From the UHGV virus genome UHGV-0060065: DNA of 24,468 bases; one strand, 5' to 3'. Positions 6,289 to 13,145 of this stretch are shown here, in pieces. Source of the DNA: a virus. The notes beneath the pieces were generated by a model. That model searched no databases, had not been told where the DNA came from, and saw only the letters and a program-made list of their open reading frames with translations. Both the position numbers and the translations under genes were made by a program. Position 1 is the stretch's first letter, and each line of letters opens with the position of its first letter.

Positions 6289-9111
6289 ATGACGGCAGAG
6301 TACATCAGGGACTGGCAACAACCGCGCCACGCAGTGGGGCGTGAAGGAACGGGGATCCCCGCTCCTGAATCCGCGCTTTCCTCCTGGCTGGATGCCTACC
6401 GGGCAGAGAACGAGCGCCGCCAGGAAATGGCTGATGCGGCGTTCTCCGCCACGCCGCTGGGCAACCTGATTAATAAAAGCCTGGACGCACAGGAAAAACA
6501 GGACAAAACCATCACACTGGCAGGAGACGCCAGAAAACAGGCACGCGGCGCGGTGGATGAAGCCATGGCCTCGCTGCGCCTGCTGCCGTCCTATCTGCGC
6601 GATCCGCTTATTCGCCACCTCTCCTTCCTTCGCAAAAAACAGGAAGCCGATCGCCGGAAAGGCAAAAAGAGCTGGCAGGCGGAACGCTATGCACGCGGAA
6701 CCCTGCGCAAAATATTCGAACGTCTGGATCGCACTGACGGACGCTGGCTGACACCGGGTTATCGCTCCCTTGCCGGACGCGAACGCCTGGACGATTTGCT
6801 TTACCTGCCGCAGCTCAACAAACACCAGATACAGACGCTGGCCACCATGACGGCAGCGATGTTCAGCAGCACCTTCGAAAAACTCTGCGATGGCTTTGGC
6901 GCGACTGATGGCGAACTGACCATGGATGTAACGCTGAAGGCGTATCAGATGCTGGCCCGCATGGCGTTACACCTGCACGCCATGCCTCCACATTATGACG
7001 CACTGACAACAGACAAAGACCGGAGGAACGAACCGGACACAGAGCTGCTGCCGGGCGCAATCCTTCGCCTGACCTGTGCGGAATGGTGGAAACGCAAACT
7101 GTGGCTGTTACGTTGCGAGTGGAGAGAAGAACAACTCCGCGCCGCCTGTCTGGTTTCCAGAAAAACATCGCCCTATCTGAGCCAGGACGCGTTAAGCGAG
7201 TTTCGCGCACAGCGCGAGAAAACACGCGATTTCCTGAAAAGTTTCATGCTGGAAAACGAAGACGGGTTCACGATTGATCTCGAGACAGTGTATTACGCGG
7301 GAGTAAGTAACCCGGTTCACCGTAAGGCAGAAATGATGGCCACCATGAAGGGACTGGAACTTCTGGCCGAAGCCCGTGGCGACAGAGCGGTGTTTCTGAC
7401 TGTCACCTGCCCGTCAAAATACCACGCAACAACGGAGAACGGTCATCCGAACCCCAAATGGAACGGGGCCACCATGCGCGACTCCAGCGATTACCTGGTT
7501 AACACGTTTTTTGCGGCGGTCCGCAAAAAACTGAACCGCGACGGCCTGCGCTGGTATGGCATCCGCACGGTGGAGCCTCACCATGACGGCACCGTGCACT
7601 GGCATATGATGGTCTTTGCTCATCCGGAAGAAATCGACAGCATCGTGGCCATCACCCGCGATATTGCCATTCAGGAAGACCGCCACGAGCTGGGCAATGA
7701 TATTACTCCGCGCTTTAAGGTGGAGTATGTCGACGGCTCAAAAGGCACACCAACCAGCTATATCGCGACCTACATCGGAAAAAACCTGGACAGCCGCGCC
7801 GTGGATGGCATCGACCCGAAAACGGGCAAGCCACGCGTTGACCACGAAACCGGAAAATCAATGGCCGAGAGCGTGGAGCGCGCCATCGGCTGGGCGCGTC
7901 TTCACCGGGTCCGCCAGTTCCAGTTCTTTGGCATCCCCTCCCGTCAGGTATGGCGTGAACTCCGCCGCCTTGCCAGCCAGATGGCACGCAACCCGGAAGG
8001 CCCGCAACGGCTGAAGGATGATGCAATGGATGCGGTACTCGCTGCCGCTGATGCCGGGTGTTTTGCCACCTACATTGAAAAACAGGGTGGCGTACTTGTT
8101 CCACGCAAGGACTACCTGATTCGCACAGCCTACGACCTCGCAGATGAGCTGAACGATTACGGCGAACAGAGTGTACAGATTTACGGGATCTGGTCGCCAC
8201 TCATCGGGGAATCCTCCCGTGTGTGCACGCACCCGGATAACTGGAAGCTGGTAAGACGTAAACCGGAAGCGGAAGACAGCACCCACGAAAATGGTTTTGA
8301 CCTTCAGGGCGGCCCTGCCGCCCCTTGGACTCGTGGCAATAACTGTCCCCGTGTACAGGAAACGGACAACAACGGGACAGAACAGCCGGAAGAACGGCCA
8401 GCACCGTGGCCGCAGCTCCCTGACGGCGTTGAAGTGAACGAATGGATGCGCTCACTGAAACGGCACGAACGCCGGGCGCTGATGCGTTCGCTTCGTGACA
8501 AACAGGCAAAAAACAGCAGCGATGAAATGCAGAGCTGGACACAGAGCCGCAAACAGCAGCGGCCTTTGCCTGATAACCACGAATTACTCGCTAAAGAATG
8601 GCGGGAGTCTGCCGAATCTCTCGGCCTGCATATCGGTGAACAGCAGATGCAGCACCTGTTACGGGGCGGCAGCCTGTACGTTGACGGCAGCATCATTGCA
8701 CCGCAGGGGTTTGAAATTGTACGCAAACCGGATACCCGACCGGACAGCCGGATCACGCAGCTCTGGCAGCGCCTGAGCCGTAACCACGGCGTAAGCAGCA
8801 CGGAGATCCGCCATAACCCGGTCGCAAGCTATCTGGAACAGCTGGGGGCATCAGACCCCGAAGCCGCCGCACGCCTGGCATCCACACTTCAGCAAGACCA
8901 GAACACCATGAAAACACCCGTTACCGTGCTTTCTGACATGCTGCGTGCCATCCGCGACGCAGAGCACGCACAGAGAATCAGTGAAACCACTGAACGCGCC
9001 CGCCGCAAAGCAGACCTGCTGCGGGGTGGCCTGACCATTGGAAACAAAAAACAGACAGAAACGGGATTCACAAATCCCGTAAATGAGCAAAAAACGCGCC
9101 GCGATATATGA
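6289..9111 (+). CDS. A: Rolling-circle replication initiator (P2 gpA-like HUH endonuclease), 940 aa
   Basis: HUH motif (GTVHWHMMVFAH) and paired catalytic tyrosines (TSYIATYIGKN) are present, and the position matches P2 gene A. It is longer than I recall P2 A to be (about 760 aa), with a long C-terminal extension. Confidence 0.88.
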   Translation: MTAEYIRDWQQPRHAVGREGTGIPAPESALSSWLDAYRAENERRQEMADAAFSATPLGNLINKSLDAQEKQDKTITLAGDARKQARGAVDEAMASLRLLPSYLRDPLIRHLSFLRKKQEADRRKGKKSWQAERYARGTLRKIFERLDRTDGRWLTPGYRSLAGRERLDDLLYLPQLNKHQIQTLATMTAAMFSSTFEKLCDGFGATDGELTMDVTLKAYQMLARMALHLHAMPPHYDALTTDKDRRNEPDTELLPGAILRLTCAEWWKRKLWLLRCEWREEQLRAACLVSRKTSPYLSQDALSEFRAQREKTRDFLKSFMLENEDGFTIDLETVYYAGVSNPVHRKAEMMATMKGLELLAEARGDRAVFLTVTCPSKYHATTENGHPNPKWNGATMRDSSDYLVNTFFAAVRKKLNRDGLRWYGIRTVEPHHDGTVHWHMMVFAHPEEIDSIVAITRDIAIQEDRHELGNDITPRFKVEYVDGSKGTPTSYIATYIGKNLDSRAVDGIDPKTGKPRVDHETGKSMAESVERAIGWARLHRVRQFQFFGIPSRQVWRELRRLASQMARNPEGPQRLKDDAMDAVLAAADAGCFATYIEKQGGVLVPRKDYLIRTAYDLADELNDYGEQSVQIYGIWSPLIGESSRVCTHPDNWKLVRRKPEAEDSTHENGFDLQGGPAAPWTRGNNCPRVQETDNNGTEQPEERPAPWPQLPDGVEVNEWMRSLKRHERRALMRSLRDKQAKNSSDEMQSWTQSRKQQRPLPDNHELLAKEWRESAESLGLHIGEQQMQHLLRGGSLYVDGSIIAPQGFEIVRKPDTRPDSRITQLWQRLSRNHGVSSTEIRHNPVASYLEQLGASDPEAAARLASTLQQDQNTMKTPVTVLSDMLRAIRDAEHAQRISETTERARRKADLLRGGLTIGNKKQTETGFTNPVNEQKTRRDI

Positions 9112-9156
9112 AGCGCGCATAAAACAGGCAAAAACGGGATTTCAGAATCCCGTAAA
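9059..9156. repeat. Two 25-bp near-identical direct repeats, each an 8-4-8 palindrome (ACGGGATT-N4-AATCCCGT); candidate parC/operator
   Basis: Copy 1 (about 9059-9083) lies in the last codons of A. Copy 2 (about 9132-9156) lies in the A-parM intergenic region about 30 bp upstream of the parM RBS. The copies match at 21 of 25 positions and start 73 bp apart. Confidence 0.5.
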
Positions 9157-9187
9157 CGATTAATTAATCAACATAAGGAAAAGCGAC

Positions 9188-10147
9188 ATGAAAATTTGTA
9201 TCGACGACGGCTCCACCAACATCAAGCTGGCATGGACTGAGAACGGCGAACGCCGCAACGCCATCAGCCCGAACAGCTTCAAGTCGGAATGGTCTGCGCC
9301 GTTCGGTGGCACGCAGCCCGCGAACTACATGCTTGATGGCGTGCGCTATGGTTTTGATCCGGTCAGCGATCGCTTTGTCCAGACGACCGACACGCAATAC
9401 CAGTACAGCGATGTGAATGTCATTGCCATTCATCACGCGCTGGTCAAATCAGGCATCACGCCACAGGAGGTGGATGTGGTTGTCACCCTGCCACTGAGCG
9501 AGTATTTCGACACAAACGCACAGCCGGACATGGCCAACATCAACCGCAAAAAAGCGAACGTTATGCGTCCGGTGGAGTACCAGAACGGCGAAGCATTCAC
9601 TATCCGTAACGTGCGGGTTATGCCTGAATCCATTCCGGCTGGCTTTAAGGCACTGGCTGACATGAGTCCGTTTGAATCCCTGCTGATTGTGGATTTGGGC
9701 GGAACCACGCTGGATGTGGCAAAGGTTCAGGGACAACTGGCAGGTATCAGCCAGGTGTTTTGCGATCCACACGTAGGCGTTTCCCTGATGGCCGATGCCG
9801 TACTGTCGGTGATGGCCACTAACGGTATGCGTACCAGTCACCACATCGCCAACACCATTATCGAACATCGCCATGATGAAGCCTGGCTGCGCCAGCACAT
9901 CCACAATGGCGCGCATTACGACAGCCTGATGGCGGTTATTCGTGAAAAGGAAGAGACACTGAAACAACGCGTGATCCGCGCGCTGGCGGTTTTTTCGGGT
10001 TACGGGCGGGTGATGGTTGTAGGTGGAGGAGCAGAGATTGTGGCACCCGCTATCCGCGAAGCCTGCGGAGTTAATGCGACTTTCATCGCGGACGGGGTGC
10101 CACAGTTTGCTCTGGTTAATGGGCTGTACGCAATGGACAAGGAGTAA
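9188..10147 (+). CDS. parM: Actin-like segregation ATPase ParM/StbA family
   Basis: The translation matches remembered plasmid R1 ParM along its whole length (MKICIDDGSTNIKLAW, ISPNSFK, QYSDVNV, HHAL, VMPESIPAG, LLIVDLGGTTLD, VMVVGGGAE, LVNGLYAM). RBS AAGGAAAAG. Confidence 0.85.
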   Translation: MKICIDDGSTNIKLAWTENGERRNAISPNSFKSEWSAPFGGTQPANYMLDGVRYGFDPVSDRFVQTTDTQYQYSDVNVIAIHHALVKSGITPQEVDVVVTLPLSEYFDTNAQPDMANINRKKANVMRPVEYQNGEAFTIRNVRVMPESIPAGFKALADMSPFESLLIVDLGGTTLDVAKVQGQLAGISQVFCDPHVGVSLMADAVLSVMATNGMRTSHHIANTIIEHRHDEAWLRQHIHNGAHYDSLMAVIREKEETLKQRVIRALAVFSGYGRVMVVGGGAEIVAPAIREACGVNATFIADGVPQFALVNGLYAMDKE

Positions 10148-10151
10148 ACCA

Positions 10152-10463
10152 ATGACGACACCAACCAGACGGATAAGTTTCTATCTGAAGCCCGCCGCCG
10201 TCAAGAACGAAGGCGAAGCATGCGCCTGGCTGGACAGCCTTACACCAGAAGCCCGCAAAAACGGCCAACGTGTGGCTTTTCTGGCCGGGCTGGCACTTCT
10301 GAAAATGAATCCGGCAGAGGCTTACCGACTGGCTGCATGGGCTGACGATGAGGCGTTGTCGGTGACACAAACCAGGACAGAACGCCCCGCGTCACAGCCA
10401 GTATCAACCGCACAGATAACCAGTCAGATGGCCGGAAATATCCGGGCGTTATTTCCCGAATAA
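10152..10463 (+). CDS. parR: ParR/StbB-like ribbon-helix-helix centromere-binding protein (103 aa)
   Basis: An AAGGAG RBS sits 7 nt upstream of the ATG at 10152, which lies 5 nt after the parM stop. The N-terminus (RRISFYLKP...LDSLTPEARKNGQRVAFLAGLALL) and C-terminus (NIRALFPE) resemble R1 ParR. The ORF-track entry 10023..10463 includes a spurious N-terminal extension overlapping parM. Confidence 0.6.
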   Translation: MTTPTRRISFYLKPAAVKNEGEACAWLDSLTPEARKNGQRVAFLAGLALLKMNPAEAYRLAAWADDEALSVTQTRTERPASQPVSTAQITSQMAGNIRALFPE

Positions 10464-10468
10464 CACAA

Positions 10469-10492
10469 CATCAGGGCGCATCCGCCCTGATG
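10469..10492 (+). terminator. Hairpin after parR (CATCAGGGCG-CATC-CGCCCTGATG), terminator-like with a weak U-tract
   Basis: Perfect 10-bp inverted repeat with a 4-nt loop, 6 nt after the parR stop. The following T-tract is poor (ACTTTAAT). Confidence 0.35.
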
Positions 10493-10526
10493 ACTTTAAT
10501 CCGGGAACATAAACAAGGGGGACACA

Positions 10527-10862
10527 ATGCAACACATTGACAGAGAAAAAGCGCAGCGACTGATTGAGCGAATGGAAGCGCTGGCGAAAGAAGAAAATGT
10601 CAGCATCCAAAAAATAGCTGAATGTGGCCAGATAGTTCTTCGTCGTGAAAAAGACATCAAGCAACTGATGTCTGGCGAAATCAGCAAAACATGGACTTCA
10701 GGCAAGAAGACGATTTATTGCAGCTTCTGCAATAAATCCCAGCACAAAGTCATAAAGGTGATTGCCGGACCGTCTGTTTACATCTGCAATGAGTGCGTGG
10801 ATTTGTGCAATGAAATTATCAAGGGAGAAGTGACAGACCATGAAGAAAAAACGCATGAATGA
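10527..10862 (+). CDS. Small protein with a C-terminal ClpX-type C4 zinc-binding domain (zf-C4_ClpX-like), 111 aa
   Basis: Residues about 73-106 ([36 protein letters not shown]) are nearly identical to the E. coli ClpX N-terminal zinc-binding domain ([36 protein letters not shown]), with all four Cys conserved. The preceding 60 aa are unrelated to ClpX. Strong RBS (AAGGGGGA). Confidence 0.75.
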   Translation: MQHIDREKAQRLIERMEALAKEENVSIQKIAECGQIVLRREKDIKQLMSGEISKTWTSGKKTIYCSFCNKSQHKVIKVIAGPSVYICNECVDLCNEIIKGEVTDHEEKTHE

Positions 10863-10922
10863 CGAATTTGACGGCTTTTAATTTTATCGGGGTGCACTGT
10901 CGCCCCGCACGAGGAAAACACG

Positions 10923-11447
10923 ATGAAAAAATACGAATACATGCTAATGAAAGAAGCACTGCGGGCTGGTCTGGCTCCCTGTCCTGTATCCGTAGAAGCT
11001 GTTGTTGGGAACACGATTTTCCGAACGCTGCGAAATCGCGTATCCGTGAAGATGATTCACCAACCACCCAAATCTACCAGCATGATCTATCTGCCGCTGC
11101 CCGAGGCTATCAAACTTATGCGTTCGCTGAAATTTGCGATTTGGATGCAGACACAACTCAACAAAGCGGTGCAAAACACCTTCGTTAAGAAACTGATGCC
11201 GGAGCTTGCTGCCAGAAGTGCAAAATGTACCAGACCCGCACTTCAATTTGATCTGTCATTGATTCAACAAGCTACGGAGGCAGAACTGTACCGCCTGTCA
11301 CCTCTCCATGATGCTCACACGGAAGCCTCAGAAATGTTCCGGCTCATGTTTCAATTTAATTTTGCCGTTCGACGCACACGCATTCAGGTCAATCGCATGA
11401 TGCAGGCGCAGGAAGAGCTGACGCAACACAAAGGAGGCAACCAGTGA
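10923..11447 (+). CDS. Hypothetical protein (174 aa), predicted mostly helical; likely co-transcribed with the ZBD protein
   Basis: ORF with a GAGGA RBS, 60 nt downstream of the ZBD gene. No motif was recognised. Confidence 0.55.
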   Translation: MKKYEYMLMKEALRAGLAPCPVSVEAVVGNTIFRTLRNRVSVKMIHQPPKSTSMIYLPLPEAIKLMRSLKFAIWMQTQLNKAVQNTFVKKLMPELAARSAKCTRPALQFDLSLIQQATEAELYRLSPLHDAHTEASEMFRLMFQFNFAVRRTRIQVNRMMQAQEELTQHKGGNQ

Positions 11448-11619
11448 GCAAAATTGACTATCAGGCATTACGCGAGGCGGCACAAAACTATCAATCGACG
11501 CTGGCGTGGTATGAGGTTGACGCGGGCTAGTTTTGCCGCAAGGATAATTCGTTTCAGCGGGTGATTTTTTGCGCTATCATTCCGGCAGTGGTTCACGATT
11601 ATTGGCAGGAAAGGCAATT

Positions 11620-12213
11620 ATGAGCAGTAAAAAAAATAAAATAACATCTATGGCCGCAGCGCTGGCGGTGGCTCTCGCCCCTGTTCCTGCCAGTAGCATT
11701 GTGCATCATGACTTATCAATCTCCCGGCACAGTACGTCTACGCTATCCCTCCAGGACGTAAAGGATTCTGTGGCATACCTTCCTATTGATGAGGCCACCA
11801 GTTATATGCTTAACCTGGCTGATAGGATGAAGACACACAGGGCAAACCTTCGCATCGAATGGGAAGAAAAGCAGATCCCTATTATTCTGAAAAATCAGAA
11901 AAAAGAGACTCAGGAAGGGTTTGAAAGCCTTTTCCGTCATATTGCGGTATGTGCAAGTTTTGTCGAGGCTGCAAGGGTTGCGCTGAAAAGCGTACCTGAA
12001 AGTAACGCGGAACTGAGAAAAGAGATTGTCGCTTTTGCTCGTTCCGCTGCGACGCTCCGCTATACGATTGAAGATATTTTATCCTTCATTGAAAGCACGC
12101 ATGTGCCGAAGAAAACTTCAGATGCTGATCTGGGTGTTACCGCCGATCAGGTTCGCGCACTTATCCGCAGTGAACATAAAAAGCTGGGCCTTAAAGATCC
12201 AACGTTCCATTAA
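11620..12213 (+). CDS. Hypothetical protein (198 aa) with hydrophobic Ala-rich N-terminus; candidate partner/antitoxin of the downstream YafO-like toxin
   Basis: The internal ATG at 11620 has an AGGAAAGG RBS; the ORF track starts earlier at 11569. The N-terminus (MSSKKNKITSMAAALAVALAPVPASS) is signal-peptide-like. It ends 9 nt before the toxin start. Confidence 0.5.
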   Translation: MSSKKNKITSMAAALAVALAPVPASSIVHHDLSISRHSTSTLSLQDVKDSVAYLPIDEATSYMLNLADRMKTHRANLRIEWEEKQIPIILKNQKKETQEGFESLFRHIAVCASFVEAARVALKSVPESNAELRKEIVAFARSAATLRYTIEDILSFIESTHVPKKTSDADLGVTADQVRALIRSEHKKLGLKDPTFH

Positions 12214-12222
12214 GGCAGGGCC

Positions 12223-12603
12223 ATGATTAAAGTCTCTGTCCACAATGACATAGAACTCCCCGCAGTTGCTCGTAAATATGCACATGCTTTGCAGTCATGG
12301 AAAAACGGCGGATCTTTACCCTCAGTCTTTGGCAACGAAGGGCAGTGGGAAGATAGCGGGCGTCTTCGTGATTCTTTTGTTTTTAAGATTCACATTCGTT
12401 TACCTGATGAACAGCCGTGGCCTGCAAAGCTACCTGCCGCCTCGCGTAAATCAAACAGTTATCTTGTTTACTCCCGCCATTTCTTATATCCAGATAAGTA
12501 TCAGCTAATCAGCATTATGACACCCAATGCGCATGAGTTAGCCCGTACATCCTACATGGCAGAAATTGAGCGCAGAGCAGAAGAGTTCCAGTCTTCTTTT
12601 TGA
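12223..12603 (+). CDS. YafO-like toxin (type II TA, ribosome-dependent mRNA interferase family), 126 aa
   Basis: Similar length to E. coli YafO, with shared motifs: GSLPSVFG vs GVLPDIFG, KIHIRLP vs HIHLANE, SYLVYSRHF vs AHLVYCQGAF, LISIMTPNAHELAR vs LIAILKPEPHKLAR, and the AEEF C-terminus. The alignment is from memory. Confidence 0.6.
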   Translation: MIKVSVHNDIELPAVARKYAHALQSWKNGGSLPSVFGNEGQWEDSGRLRDSFVFKIHIRLPDEQPWPAKLPAASRKSNSYLVYSRHFLYPDKYQLISIMTPNAHELARTSYMAEIERRAEEFQSSF

Positions 12604-12645
12604 GTTTTGCGACGACTATCTATCAATCCCTTACTAATCTGAAAA

Positions 12646-12672
12646 GCTGCCTTTTGAAGGCGGCTTTTCTTT
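12646..12672 (+). terminator. Intrinsic terminator after the YafO-like gene (GCTGCC-TTTTGAA-GGCGGC followed by TTTTCTTTC)
   Basis: GC-rich stem with one G-U pair followed by a T-rich tract, about 40 nt after the stop. An A-run precedes it, so it may act in both directions. Confidence 0.5.
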
Positions 12673-12759
12673 CTTCCTGGCCTTCTTTCTCTGTTGCACA
12701 ATAGTGCACAAATTTGCACAATTTTTTTGAACGACTTTTTACCCTTCCGGCCCGCATGG

Positions 12760-13000
12760 CGGCTGGATCCGTCAAGGATCCGTGCGCGCACAAAAAAACG
12801 CGCTTTTTCTGCGCGCAGGTGACGGGGGAACAGCCCGCGTTTCAGGGGGTAAATAGCATCCCCTGAATGATGTCGCAGCGACACAACAGAATGGCTGTCT
12901 TTCTCACGCTGAGCGTGAAGAATACGTGAGGGATTCTGATTTGATGGAGTGAAAGGTAAGGCCGTCAAAATCGCACTGAGGCGGCGAGAACATGCAGTCA
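12760..13000. other. cos / packaging region (candidate cohesive-end site and terminase-recognition repeats)
   Basis: The position between the cargo and the Q stop matches P2 cos. It is dense in repeats: GGATCCGT direct repeat, GTGCGCGCAC palindrome, a 13-bp imperfect inverted repeat GCGCGCACAAAAA/TTTTTCTGCGCGC, and TTCAGGGG-N11-CCCCTGAA. A GC-rich motif GAGGCGGCGAGAAC at about 12978-12992 partly resembles the P2 cos core as I remember it. Confidence 0.4.
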
Positions 13001-13094
13001 GCGCAGTGGGATTGCGTAAGAGTCTGACCGTCGATGATGGCAATAAGCAGGAAAGCGTCGTGAAATTATCTGACTGATACAGGAGCTGGAGAGT

Positions 13095-13119
13095 CGGGGC
13101 ATAAATTTTTTATGCCCCG
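13095..13119 (-). terminator. Perfect 11-bp inverted repeat (CGGGGCATAAA-TTT-TTTATGCCCCG) just downstream of Q; probable terminator of the P-Q operon
   Basis: Palindrome about 30 nt beyond the Q stop on the minus strand. The stem-loop is AT-rich in the middle. Confidence 0.4.
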
Positions 13120-13145
13120 GCGAAGCAGCAGACAAGCGAAGCGCG

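Noticed and set aside
6154-8801. Several 100-220-aa ORFs on both strands inside gene A (6154..6825, 7414..7686, 7616..8014, 7715..8200, 7858..8286, 8201..8542, 8304..8801)
   Set aside because: All lie within the long A reading frame, which has diagnostic HUH and tyrosine motifs. Their translations are Arg/Cys/Ser-rich, typical of out-of-frame ORFs in GC-rich coding DNA.
10023-10151. N-terminal extension of the ParR-like ORF as listed in the ORF track
   Set aside because: It would overlap the parM C-terminus by about 125 nt in another frame. The internal ATG at 10152 has a consensus RBS and matches the ParR N-terminus.
10527-10862. Possibility that the ZBD ORF is a truncated remnant of host clpX
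   Set aside because: It has its own strong RBS and start, an unrelated 60-aa N-terminus, the ZBD at the C-terminus rather than the N-terminus, and a clean stop with no downstream AAA+ sequence. A purpose-built small protein is more likely, though this needs a search to confirm.
12552-13043. 163-aa minus-strand ORF across the cos region
   Set aside because: No RBS, Arg/Ser-rich composition, and it lies in the repeat-rich packaging region. Considered non-coding.
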